DNA of 63,740 nucleotides, filler included, from Clostridiaceae bacterium (GTDB lineage Bacteria; Bacillota; Clostridia; CAYPLH01; DUMO01): NCBI GenBank assembly GCA_012839865.1. It is 5 parts of 5 records of this genome, joined end to end, with 100 filler letters (N's around TTAATTAATTAA, not from the genome) between each part and the next. Parts side by side here need not be neighbours in the genome. Positions count along the whole stretch, not along the records: positions 1 to 18,261 come from DUMO01000062.1; positions 18,362 to 38,667 come from DUMO01000065.1; 3 more parts are not named here. One strand, written 5' to 3'. Made by a program: the position numbers and the translations under genes. Under the pieces are notes generated by a model, which ran no database searches, was not told where the DNA came from, and saw nothing but the letters and a program-made list of their open reading frames with translations. Of the stretch, positions 10,113 through 19,656 are shown piece after piece (within the stretch, counting starts at the first letter, position 1; each line of letters begins with the position of its first letter).

Positions 10113-12407
10113 ATGGATACAAAGGAGCGGCAAATTCTAGATCAAAGGCGTAAAAAGATACTGATGTTCATGCGGGAAGAATCATATAAGCCCTTGATGT
10201 TCGATGAGCTTAAGCAGGTACTGGTGGTGCCGGATGAGGACGTGGAAGCGTTTAAAAGTCTGCTTGATGAGCTTGAAGCAGAGGGGCTTGTTTTTAAGAC
10301 CAAAAAGAAGAGATATGACATACCTGACAGAATGAACCTTGTTACAGGAAGGGTACAGGGCAATGAAAGAGGATATGCCTTTATAATTCCTGACAAAGAA
10401 GACATGAAGGATATATTTGTTTCCGCAAGCGCCCTAAACGGGGCCATGCACAATGACAGGGTTGTGGCCAGGATTAAAAGCAAGGCAAACTCCGGCAGAA
10501 GTTCTGAAGGTGAAATAATTAAAATACTGGAAAGAGCAAATTCAAGAGTAGTTGGGACATTCGAAAGAAACGGGTATTATGGCATCGTTTTTCCTGATGA
10601 CAGAAGAATATCGCAAAACATACTTGTTGCAAAAGATTGCTTCAATAATGCAAAAACGGGACAAAAGGTGGTTGCGCAAATCGATATGTGGCCTGAGAAC
10701 GGGAAAAATGCAGAAGGCCGGGTAATTGAAGTAATTGGAGATGCCGGGGAACCGGGCACGGACATCCTGTCGATAATAAAGACTTACGGGCTTAATGAAT
10801 CCTTCCCTGAAGATGTTATTGCAGAGGCTGAAAAAATTTCTGACAGTGTAACAGAAGACATGATTGCCGGGAGACGGGATTTTCGGAATCTTAAAATGGT
10901 GACCATTGATGGGGAGGATGCCAAAGACCTTGATGACGCAGTTTCAATCGAGAAGCTGGAGAATGGTGTATACAGGCTTGGGGTGCATATAGCGGATGTG
11001 AGCTTTTACGTCCGGGAAGGTTCCCCTTTGGACCGTGAAGCATTAAAAAGAGGAACCAGTGTTTACCTGGTTGACCGTGTAATACCAATGCTCCCTAAAA
11101 AACTGTCCAACGGAATCTGCAGTTTGAATCCGAATGTGGACAGGATGGCTTTCTCGGTCATTATGGATATTGACTCCAAAGGGCATATAACAGACCACGA
11201 GATATGCGAAAGTGTGATAAATATAAATGAAAGAATGACATACACCAATGTGTACAAAATTCTGGTGGATAAAGATGAAAGCCTTATGAAAAGGTATCAT
11301 TACCTTTTGGATGAGTTCAACATGATGCGGGAGCTAGCGGAAATATTATATAAAAAGCGCATTTCCCGGGGCGCTATAGATTTTGATTTTGATGAAACAA
11401 AAATAATACTTGATGAAAAGGGAAAGCCTGTAGATGTCATCAGATATCAGCTGACCATTGCGAACAAAATAATTGAAGAATTCATGCTGGCATGCAATGA
11501 GACTGTTGCGGAGCATTTTTACTGGGCTAACATACCTTTTGTTTACAGAATACACGAAGACCCCGACAAGGAGAAAATCGATGCTTTTTGCCAGATGGTC
11601 AAAAGTCTGGGTTATTCAGTCAAGGGAATCAACCAGATACATCCCGGAGCCTTTCAAAAGCTTCTTTCCGATATAAAAGGAAAGGATGAGGAAAAGATTG
11701 TAAGTACCGCCATGTTGAGGTCATTCCAGAAAGCAAGGTACAGCAACCTTCATGAAAGGCATTTTGGACTGGCCGCAGAATATTACAGCCATTTCACATC
11801 ACCGATAAGACGCTATCCGGATCTCATCATCCATAGAATAATGAAGGAATATTTAAAGAATGGTTTGAGTCCGGAAAGGATGGAGGAGTTAAACTACAAG
11901 CTTGAAGAAATTGCGGCTATGTGTTCGGAGAGGGAACGGGCGGCGGAAGATGCGGAGCGTGAATGCGAAGAACTCAAGAAAGTGGAGTATATGAAGGAGC
12001 GCGAAGGTGAAGAATTTGAAGGTATAATCTCCAATGTAACCAATTTTGGCATGTTTGTTGAGCTGGAAAATACAATAGAAGGTTTGGTAAGGTTTAACAG
12101 CATGGAGGATGACTACTACCAGTTCATACCTGAGCAGTATATGATTAAGGGAGAAAGAACCGGAAAGGTTTACAAAATAGGGGATAAAGTCAGAGTTGTG
12201 CTGGCAAGGGCTGATATACCAAGCAGGCAAATAGATTTTTTGCTGATTGGCGCATCTGAGGATGAAAACGGGGAAAATGGCCTGGATATTGAAAAAATAA
12301 GTAAAAAGAATTCCAAAGCCCAAAGAAAATATAAGAAAAAGAAAATGAAAAAAATAAATAAAATACGGGTAAAGGCTTCAAAGAAAAGGAAAAAGTCCAC
12401 ACTTTGA
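10113..12407 (+). CDS. rnr: Ribonuclease R
   Basis: TIDGEDAKDLDDA, HFTSPIRRYPD, S1 domain and lysine-rich basic tail. Confidence 0.97.
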   Translation: MDTKERQILDQRRKKILMFMREESYKPLMFDELKQVLVVPDEDVEAFKSLLDELEAEGLVFKTKKKRYDIPDRMNLVTGRVQGNERGYAFIIPDKEDMKDIFVSASALNGAMHNDRVVARIKSKANSGRSSEGEIIKILERANSRVVGTFERNGYYGIVFPDDRRISQNILVAKDCFNNAKTGQKVVAQIDMWPENGKNAEGRVIEVIGDAGEPGTDILSIIKTYGLNESFPEDVIAEAEKISDSVTEDMIAGRRDFRNLKMVTIDGEDAKDLDDAVSIEKLENGVYRLGVHIADVSFYVREGSPLDREALKRGTSVYLVDRVIPMLPKKLSNGICSLNPNVDRMAFSVIMDIDSKGHITDHEICESVININERMTYTNVYKILVDKDESLMKRYHYLLDEFNMMRELAEILYKKRISRGAIDFDFDETKIILDEKGKPVDVIRYQLTIANKIIEEFMLACNETVAEHFYWANIPFVYRIHEDPDKEKIDAFCQMVKSLGYSVKGINQIHPGAFQKLLSDIKGKDEEKIVSTAMLRSFQKARYSNLHERHFGLAAEYYSHFTSPIRRYPDLIIHRIMKEYLKNGLSPERMEELNYKLEEIAAMCSERERAAEDAERECEELKKVEYMKEREGEEFEGIISNVTNFGMFVELENTIEGLVRFNSMEDDYYQFIPEQYMIKGERTGKVYKIGDKVRVVLARADIPSRQIDFLLIGASEDENGENGLDIEKISKKNSKAQRKYKKKKMKKINKIRVKASKKRKKSTL

Positions 12408-12457
12408 GGGGTATTGGCAAGCGGGAGGCTCTCCGCCGGGGGCATCTTCTTTACAAG

Positions 12458-12504
12458 AACCTGGCCGAAAGCCCGTGACTCACCGGGATGAAGGCTTATC
12501 TTGA
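12458..12504 (+). repeat. Dispersed ~47-bp element, copy 1
   Basis: 41 of 47 aligned positions match 43054..43105 (one 5-nt indel): AACCTGGCCGAAAG...GTGAC...CCGG.ATGAAGG.TTATC.TGA. Confidence 0.75.
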
Positions 12505-12635
12505 CTTAAAATAATCTTTATGCTCGACATGGATTTGTTTATTGAGGGTATTGATGAAGGGGTGTTTCTCCGGCTGGCCGTCTTTCACCAGATCCTGTTA
12601 GTTCAATCATGTTTTAAAACCATTGGGGGTGTGAA

Positions 12636-13151
12636 ATGATGGATTTTGAATATGAAGTTTTTAATAAAACCTGCGGCATTTGCCTGGATGTTGATGCAGA
12701 CGGTTCAGAACGCCCTGTTTTAATTTTAAGTGCATGCCTTGCCGGGGTAAACTGCAAGTATAACGGAGGCAATAATTATAATGAAGAAATAGCCCGGCTT
12801 GTTGCTTTGGGGAATGTGGTGCTTGTTTGTCCGGAGCAGCTGGGTGGTTGTCCAACCCCGCGCCAGGCTGCTGAAATTCAAGGCGGAAGCGGCGGGGATG
12901 TTCTGGATGGGAAATGCCGTGTTATCAATAAAGAAGGAATGGATGTTACAAAGGAGTTTATAAAAGGCGCACAGGAAACCTTGAAAATTGCAAAGCTCAC
13001 AGGGGCCAAAAAGGCGATACTGAAATCAAGAAGTCCCTCCTGTGGCTGCGGTGCCGCGTATGACGGAACTTTTTCCGGCAACCTTGTACCGGGGAACGGT
13101 GTCACGGCAGAATTGCTCATAAGAAACGGCATTGAGGTTGAGACACTGTAA
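12636..13151 (+). CDS. DUF523 family protein (2-thiouracil desulfurase-like)
   Basis: SACLAGVNCKYNG, VCPEQLGG.PTPR and KSRSPSCG motifs. Confidence 0.9.
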   Translation: MMDFEYEVFNKTCGICLDVDADGSERPVLILSACLAGVNCKYNGGNNYNEEIARLVALGNVVLVCPEQLGGCPTPRQAAEIQGGSGGDVLDGKCRVINKEGMDVTKEFIKGAQETLKIAKLTGAKKAILKSRSPSCGCGAAYDGTFSGNLVPGNGVTAELLIRNGIEVETL

Positions 13152-13363
13152 TTTTCAAAAATTAAAACCTTGTTGTAGAACAAGGTTTTAAGTCTCGCAA
13201 TAATTTACCCAAAGTATTCTGAAACAGCTCCCATGGCCTTGTGGAAAAAGCCTCCCGGTGCCATATGCAAAAGGTTGGGTTCCGTTGAAATACTTTTGGG
13301 TGGTGCAGCTTATGCAATAAATCAATTTTTGAAATATCGAAAGTTCACCAAATCATACAAGCA

Positions 13364-13597
13364 TTATTCTTTAGTCTCGAATCTTTCAATGTCCTTGAAT
13401 AATTTATCAGCATTCTCTGCTGCTACTTCAACTTTAATCGGTTTGCTAAGATCCAGACTAAAAATACCCATAATAGACTTTGCATCAACTACATAACGTC
13501 CGGATGAGAGATCAATTTCAAAATCGTATTTGCTTGCGATGTTCACAAAGTCTTTAACATCATTAATAGTTTTGAGAAGGATATAAGTTGATTTCAT
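13364..13597 (-). CDS. HPr-family phosphocarrier-like protein
   Basis: GRYVVDAKSIMGIFSL (Ser46 region). ATG at 13597 with a GGGTG SD; 77 aa. Confidence 0.88.
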   Translation of the reverse strand: MKSTYILLKTINDVKDFVNIASKYDFEIDLSSGRYVVDAKSIMGIFSLDLSKPIKVEVAAENADKLFKDIERFETKE

Positions 13598-14023
13598 AAA
13601 AACACACCCCTTTGTCATTATAATAGGCGCAATATAGTTGTAACCTCTATATAATGATATGCTTTTTATGGAATAAAGTCAAGGCAAATTGTGTAAAATG
13701 AACCATTTGCCGTGTGCATGAAGGCTTGGAAAAGTACATTTCATCTTCTCAAATTTTATGCCCTGATAAGAAAAGCTCGTGGGCATCGAGCCCCGCTCGC
13801 TTTTGGCTTGTCTTTGCGTAAATTTCGGGGTATGGGGAATAATTGGTATAGCGGATAAAAAAGCGGGTATAGATATGGCTGGAGACAGTTGTCGAAATAA
13901 AGTATAATTGGTACTGCATGTACAAAAGTATAGCACGAACAGATGTTCTACTGTATAATATGGTTAGCAAACACCGGTTTCCAGAGATTAGACAAGGTGT
14001 AAGCCAGTGCGCGGGAGGTTGGG

Positions 14024-15337
14024 ATGAAAAAAGTCGCATTTATTACTTTAGGCTGCAAAGTCAATCAGTATGATACCGAAGCTATGATTGAGCTGTTTGA
14101 AAAAGAAGGATATAAGGTAGTGGATTTTAATGATAAAGCTGATGTTTATGTGATAAATACATGTACGGTGACCGGCCTGAGCGACAGCAAATCAAGGCAA
14201 ATGATAAGACGGGCGAAGAGAAACAATGAAGATGCAATTATAGTTGCTGCCGGCTGCTATGCCCAGACTGCTCCTGAGATGGTAAAACAGCTGCCGGAGG
14301 TAGATATTATCATCGGTACAAACAACCGCAGCCGGATTATTGAATATATACGGAATTTTGAAAAAGAGAACGGGCAGATAAGCCTTGTGGACGATATAAT
14401 GAGGGTTCGGGAGTATGAAGACCTTGGGGTAACCACTTATAAAGGCCAGACCAGGGCATTCATAAAGATCCAGGAGGGATGCAGCCAGTTTTGTTCCTAC
14501 TGTATTATTCCTTATGCAAGAGGCCCCGTGAGAAGCCGGCAGCCGGAGGACGTTATACGGGAGGTTGAGACCGTCGCTAAAAACGGATTTAAAGAGATAG
14601 TTCTGACGGGTATTCATCTTGCGTCTTACGGGAAAGATTTCGACAACTATGGTTTGCTTGAAATGATTTGTGACCTGCATAAAATAGATGGTATTGAAAG
14701 GATAAGGCTGGGTTCCCTTGAACCTACATTTATTACCCTGGATTTTTTAAACAGGGTTAAAGACCTTGAAAAGGTATGCCCTCACTACCACATTTCGCTG
14801 CAGAGCGGTTGTGATGCCACCTTAAAAAGGATGAACAGAAAATACACCACATCACAATACAAATCAGTTGTAGAGCTTTTAAGGGAAAAGATTGCCGATG
14901 TTGCTGTAACAACTGATGTGATGGTGGGCTTTCCGGGCGAGACGGATGAGGAGTTTGAAGCTACCTGTGAATTTTTAAAAGATTTGTCGCTATCCCGCAT
15001 GCATGTATTTAAATACTCCCCCAGGAAAGGTACGCCGGCATATAAGTTTCCCAATCAGGTGGAAGGTGAGGTCAAGGAAGAACGCAGCAAAAAACTTATC
15101 AAACTTTCCCGTGATAATGAATATAAATTTATAAAAAGCTTTTCAGGCAGGGAAATGGGAGTGCTGTTTGAGCAGGAAGCCGAATCAGATTCCGGATTTA
15201 TTGAAGGTCTCACAAGCAACTATATCAAAGTCAGGTGCAAAGGCAGCAAAACCCTACTGGGTAAAATACTGAAGGTACGAATCAAAAATGCATATTTTGA
15301 CCACGCATCGGGCGAAATCCCGGAAATGCCTGTTTAA
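14024..15337 (+). CDS. mtaB: tRNA t6A37 methylthiotransferase
   Basis: TLGCKVNQYDTE, INTCTVT, GCYAQ, QEGCSQFCSYC (radical SAM) and a C-terminal TRAM region. Confidence 0.95.
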   Translation: MKKVAFITLGCKVNQYDTEAMIELFEKEGYKVVDFNDKADVYVINTCTVTGLSDSKSRQMIRRAKRNNEDAIIVAAGCYAQTAPEMVKQLPEVDIIIGTNNRSRIIEYIRNFEKENGQISLVDDIMRVREYEDLGVTTYKGQTRAFIKIQEGCSQFCSYCIIPYARGPVRSRQPEDVIREVETVAKNGFKEIVLTGIHLASYGKDFDNYGLLEMICDLHKIDGIERIRLGSLEPTFITLDFLNRVKDLEKVCPHYHISLQSGCDATLKRMNRKYTTSQYKSVVELLREKIADVAVTTDVMVGFPGETDEEFEATCEFLKDLSLSRMHVFKYSPRKGTPAYKFPNQVEGEVKEERSKKLIKLSRDNEYKFIKSFSGREMGVLFEQEAESDSGFIEGLTSNYIKVRCKGSKTLLGKILKVRIKNAYFDHASGEIPEMPV

Positions 15338-15425
15338 TTCGGGCAGGGAGAAATGTGTTATTGCATAATTTTTATTGATGTATTAATATATACTGGTAAA
15401 CATTTTTTACCTGTGGCACAGCATT

Positions 15426-15704
15426 ATGGACTGGAGAGTGATTTTTTTGAAAAATAATGAAACCATGATGTTCAATGTCGGTAAAGATAAATCTATGGAA
15501 GCCAGCAACATACTTTTGACGGTGTATAAGGCTTTAAGCGAAAAAGGTTACAATCCAATCAACCAGATTGTCGGATATATCCTGTCGGGAGATCCGACAT
15601 ACATTACGAATCACAATAACGCCCGGAGCGTTATTCGGAGATTGGAAAGGGACGAGTTGCTGGAGGAGGTTGTAAGATTCTATCTTGACAATAAAAAGGG
15701 TTGA
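15426..15704 (+). CDS. IreB family regulatory phosphoprotein (UPF0297)
   Basis: [26 protein letters not shown]...ERDELLEE; exact start uncertain. Confidence 0.92.
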   Translation: MDWRVIFLKNNETMMFNVGKDKSMEASNILLTVYKALSEKGYNPINQIVGYILSGDPTYITNHNNARSVIRRLERDELLEEVVRFYLDNKKG

Positions 15705-15760
15705 TGCCTTTTATTTTGAATATCAGGTTTGATTGTTATTTTTTTGAATAGGATGATTTT

Positions 15761-16711
15761 ATGAAATATGTAGAGTTGGGCAATACCGGGCTTAAGGTTT
15801 CCCGCTTGTGTTTTGGCGCTCTGGTTATTGGATCTCTACAGGCAAAGATGTCGGCAGAGCAGGGAGCAAGAATTATTTCAAAAGCTCTTGAACTGGGAGT
15901 CAATTTTATAGATACGGCAGAATTATACGGCACATATGCGCATATACGGGAAGCAATGAAACTATCTTCAATTAATCCTGTGATATCAACCAAATCATAT
16001 GCATATGATACCGAAACCGCAAGAAAAAGCCTTGAAAAGGCCAGAAGGGAACTCGACAGGGATTACATCGATATATTCATGCTGCATGAACAGGAAAGCA
16101 TCCATACATTGAGAGGGCACAGAGAAGCCCTTGAGTATTTTATTGAAGCCCGTGAAAAGGGAATTATAAAAGCAGTAGGGGTGTCGACCCATAATATTCA
16201 GGTAGTTGAGGCATGTACCGTCATGCCGGAGATTGATGTGGTTCACCCTTTGGTTAACAAGACCGGTATTGGAATCGGTGACGGAACAATCACGCAAATG
16301 CTTGAAGCAGTTAAAAGATGTTTTGAGGCCGGGAAAGGAATCTACAGTATGAAAGCCCTTGGCGGCGGGAATCTGATAGGCTCCTACCGTGAATGTATGG
16401 ATTTTGTTTTAGGTTTACCCTACATTCATTCGATTGCCATAGGTATGCAAACAGAAGAGGAAGTTGTAATGAATGTTTGCGTAATCAATAATGAGAAGAT
16501 ACCCGAATGTGTGCTTGAAGCAGTAACGAAAAAGAACAGGAAGCTGCATATTGACTTTTGGTGTGAAGGATGCGGCAATTGCGTAAAAAGATGCAAGCAG
16601 GGAGCTCTGACCATAAATCAGGAAGGAAAGGCGGAAGTGGCAAGGGAGAAATGTGTTTTGTGCGGTTACTGCAGCAGTGTTTGTCCCGTGTTTGCAATTA
16701 AAATATTTTAA
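15761..16711 (+). CDS. Aldo/keto reductase with C-terminal 2x[4Fe-4S] ferredoxin domain
   Basis: LGNTGLKVSRLCFG, DTAELYG, STK; CEGCGNCVKRC and CVLCGYCSSVC. Confidence 0.9.
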   Translation: MKYVELGNTGLKVSRLCFGALVIGSLQAKMSAEQGARIISKALELGVNFIDTAELYGTYAHIREAMKLSSINPVISTKSYAYDTETARKSLEKARRELDRDYIDIFMLHEQESIHTLRGHREALEYFIEAREKGIIKAVGVSTHNIQVVEACTVMPEIDVVHPLVNKTGIGIGDGTITQMLEAVKRCFEAGKGIYSMKALGGGNLIGSYRECMDFVLGLPYIHSIAIGMQTEEEVVMNVCVINNEKIPECVLEAVTKKNRKLHIDFWCEGCGNCVKRCKQGALTINQEGKAEVAREKCVLCGYCSSVCPVFAIKIF

Positions 16712-16800
16712 GCACTTGGGATAAAGATTGCTAATAGAACCAGGGATGGTTTGCAACTTTGGTGTTGAAGCGAAATTTTTTAAACGGGAAAGATAAGTTT

Positions 16801-17223
16801 ATGAGAATAATGGGTATTGATTACGGAGACAGGAGAATAGGAATAGCAATAAGCGATTTGTTCGGCTGGACGGCGCAAGGCATTGAAACGATAGACAGAA
16901 GTTTTGGCATATCAAAAGTCATGGATAGGATCAGGCAATTGGTTAAAGAATATAATATAGAAAAAATCGTTGTCGGATTTCCTTATAATATGAATGGCAC
17001 TATTGGTCCCCGGAGTGAAAAAACGCAGGAGTTTATAGAAAAATTATCAAAAGAGCTTGATGGCCTGGAAATTATTAAATGGGATGAAAGGCTGACTACA
17101 GTAGCAGCTCAAAGAACGATGCATGAAATCGGAGTGAAAACATCGAGGAAAAAAGATGTTGTTGACCAGATTGCAGCATCATATATATTGCAAAATTATC
17201 TTGACAGTTTGATGAATAAATAA
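16801..17223 (+). CDS. ruvX: YqgF/RuvX family nuclease
   Basis: MGIDYGDRRIGIAISD, WDERLTT, VDQIAA..ILQNYL; start at the ATG at 16801. Confidence 0.95.
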   Translation: MRIMGIDYGDRRIGIAISDLFGWTAQGIETIDRSFGISKVMDRIRQLVKEYNIEKIVVGFPYNMNGTIGPRSEKTQEFIEKLSKELDGLEIIKWDERLTTVAAQRTMHEIGVKTSRKKDVVDQIAASYILQNYLDSLMNK

Positions 17224-17256
17224 AGAAAACATTTTTAGGTATAAGGAGGTTTTGTT

Positions 17257-17562
17257 ATGTCCGAAGAAAGAGATGATATTGTTGTTTTGGTGGATGAAGA
17301 CGGGGTTGAAACCGAATTTGAACACCTTGATACGGTTGAGCTGAACGGGAATGAGTATGTGGTGCTTATGCCGCTTATTGATGAAGAAGGCAGCGAGGAA
17401 GCCGATTATGTTGAAGAGGGAGAAGTAGTAATCCTTAAAGTTGATTATGATGAAAATGGCGAAGAGTCATATGTCAGCATAGATGATGAGGATGAACTCG
17501 ATGAAGTGTTCGAGGAATTTAAAGCCCGTATGGAGGATGAATACGATTTCTTTGAAGAATGA
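17257..17562 (+). CDS. DUF1292 domain acidic protein
   Basis: LVDEDG.E.EFE.LD.....G.EYVVL pattern; conserved position after ruvX. Confidence 0.9.
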   Translation: MSEERDDIVVLVDEDGVETEFEHLDTVELNGNEYVVLMPLIDEEGSEEADYVEEGEVVILKVDYDENGEESYVSIDDEDELDEVFEEFKARMEDEYDFFEE

Positions 17563-17651
17563 GATTTGCCTGCCTTTTCTTGTGCCTTTTCTCGAGTAAT
17601 TGAAAAGGGCCGGGGCAGATTCAACGAAACAACAGAATGATAAGAGAATTG

Positions 17652-17698
17652 ATAAACTTTTAAAGGCGGGTTGTTATATACCCGCCTTTAAAGTTTAT
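17652..17698. terminator. Bidirectional intrinsic terminator
   Basis: ATAAACTTT-TAAAGGCGGG loop CCCGCCTTTA-AAGTTTAT, downstream of DUF1292. Confidence 0.75.
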
Positions 17699-17772
17699 GA
17701 AAATACATGGGCATAAGTGAACAGGTAATGAACCATTAGTACCAATATAGCAAATATTCTGCAGTGGCAGTT

Positions 17773-17978
17773 ATGAAATGGATGCAGAACAAATACAAGG
17801 CTCTTATTTTGAGAAAACCGACGGTTCGCTGGAGGAAAAAATGCTACCGCTTTTTACTCGCCCTCTGTGGCTCGAAAAAGCTAAAAAACATCCTGTTTTT
17901 TTCACGCATTTTTACCTCCAGATCACCTGGTTTTCTAACAAAATAAAGCTATTTGTTATTGTTCTGCATCCATTTCAT
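17773..17978. repeat. 206-bp nested palindrome (MITE-like or structured RNA)
   Basis: Perfect 20-bp terminal IR ATGAAATGGATGCAGAACAA / TTGTTCTGCATCCATTTCAT plus inner complementary segments; a shortened relative lies at 23192..23253. Confidence 0.75.
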
Positions 17979-18034
17979 CCATACCGGTTTGGGATGATTG
18001 CTGTAATAGACCTGATGGTACATTGGCAACCATA

Positions 18035-18481
18035 TGTTAATGCTACTCTAAAATTGTACCAGAAACCGGTAAAAAATTAGGCCACCTTAATCAAATTTTC
18101 CTGTATGATTATGTTGACCAAACATCATCGTACAGGAGGAAAGGATATGATTAAGATGGCACAATTAGAAGATATCAGAAAAATGTACTTCATGGAAGGC
18201 CTAAGTATCAGAGAAATAAACCGCAGAACAGGTATACACAGGGATACAATATCAAAATATGNNNNNNNNNNNNNNNNNNNNNNNNNNNNNNNNNNNNNNN
18301 NNNNNTTAATTAATTAANNNNNNNNNNNNNNNNNNNNNNNNNNNNNNNNNNNNNNNNNNNNCATTAACGGGGAAAGCTACAGGTTTAAGCAGGCTCTTTC
18401 AAAGCAATCAGATGTAGGTTAATTTTTTATGAATTGGTGGCCTAATTTTACTCCGGTAACTGGCCTAAATTTTTATTGACA
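18035..18481 (+). mobile_element. IS21-family element, interior lost in the assembly gap
   Basis: TGTTAAT...ATTGACA termini with shared AAAATTAGGCCACC subterminal repeats; istA N-terminus from ATG 18147 (MIKMAQLEDIRKMYFMEGLSIREINRRTGIHRDTISKY); istB C-terminus INGESYRFKQ ending at 18422. Confidence 0.85.
18262..18361. other. Assembly gap with TTAATTAATTAA linker
   Basis: N run with a central all-frame-stop linker. Confidence 0.95.
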
Positions 18482-19087
18482 TTTACATGCAGTTGCTATG
18501 CAAACTTGCTCTCTGCTTATTCCACGCAAACTTACACCCCCGCCACGCTTTCTGGAGGGTCTTGGCATTTGGAACCCGCTTCTCCTATGGTTACCTTTAA
18601 AAGATTCTGCCACAAAGGTTTCATCCATTTCAACAATACCTTCAACACTACCAATTCCCATAAACGTCCTAACTGCATCAAGAATTTTATGTCTCATGTA
18701 GAATGAAGTTTTAACACATACACCTACAACTTGAGAACATTTTCTTATAGAGAAGCCAAGAACCATGCATTTAGCGTACTTAATCCATTTTTCCAAAGGT
18801 AACTTAGTATTTGATAACGTTGATTTTGTAAAGTCATTAAATGTCTTACCACAAGACTTGCATTTATATCGTTGTTTTCCGCACAATTTACCATTTTTTA
18901 TTACAATATCAGAATTACAGTGAGGGCATACCACTCCTCTTGAAAACCTTGATTCTCTACAATCTTTAGGAAGATTGACGGAAATAGAGTTTAGCGCCAC
19001 TAGTTCTCCGATAAAGTCAAATAAATCCTGCAACTCCGCATCCGAAAGTGTCCTTATATTCGTTTTAATTGCTGTCACATTTGCCAT
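18473..19087 (-). pseudogene. IS1595-family transposase, 3'-truncated by IS21
   Basis: Zn-ribbon CPHC...CKSCGKTF, HTH and first catalytic EMDETF; the ORF runs into the IS21 right end after IATACK. Confidence 0.88.
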
Positions 19088-19180
19088 AAGTATCGCCTCA
19101 CTAAAATTAACGTTATATCCATATTATAACACAAAATGAAGAATACTATACCTATAACACTATTCTTGTCTAACAGAGCC
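18482..19180 (-). mobile_element. IS1595-family element, left half
   Basis: Terminus GGCTCTGTTAGACAAG reads on the minus strand from 19180 and is flanked by AT-rich TATTATAA; it carries the truncated transposase. Confidence 0.75.
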
Positions 19181-19284
19181 TATTATAAAGAATCTTTTGG
19201 AAAACAAACTTTAGTGTTGATTGCACGAAAATTTTGTAGTAGAATATATAAAGCATTGCAAAGAAAAATATATTGAAAAGTTAT

Positions 19285-19362
19285 CGGGGTGTGGCTCAGT
19301 TTGGCTAGAGCGCTTGGTTCGGGACCAAGAGGCCGGAGGTTCAAATCCTCTCACTCCGACCA
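19285..19362 (+). tRNA. tRNA-Pro (anticodon CGG)
   Basis: Acceptor CGGGGTG/CACTCCG, D-arm GCTCAG..GAGC, anticodon stem CTTGG/CCAAG with loop TTCGGGA, T-loop GGTTCAAATCC and encoded CCA. Confidence 0.97.
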
Positions 19363-19370
19363 AATAAATA

Positions 19371-19404
19371 AGCGGGTTTCAGGGTTTTGAATCCCGCTAT
19401 TTTG
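19371..19404 (+). terminator. Intrinsic terminator after tRNA-Pro
   Basis: AGCGGG...CCCGCT stem followed by ATTTT. Confidence 0.6.
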
Positions 19405-19656
19405 TTTTACACCTACTTTGAAACCCAGTTAACTTATAAAACGCATTATTTCGCTTTTCGTCAATAACGGGCTATATAAAATATAACATGCAATATTTGT
19501 TTTATTTTCCCCTAATTTACGAGGTTGAATATAAAAGAGGCAATAGCAGCAATTCAAAAAAACTGCTTTTATAACACGTCGCCCGCAGGAAGAATCCTAC
19601 GGGCGGAAATTTTGTATTATTAATATTTCTTGAACCAATTTCTCAAATTGTTGTAA

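Noticed and set aside
17773..17978. 6S RNA call for the ~200-nt hairpin
   Set aside because: Size fits, but the perfect terminal IR and an internally deleted second copy favour a repeat element, and no 6S central-bubble motif was recognised.
17778..18080. 100-aa ORF over the palindrome and the IS21 left end
   Set aside because: It spans non-coding structured DNA and an IS terminus, with no SD or family resemblance.
18306..18317. TTAATTAATTAA motif repeated four times in the window
   Set aside because: It always sits in the middle of an N run, so it is an artificial scaffolding linker, not biology.
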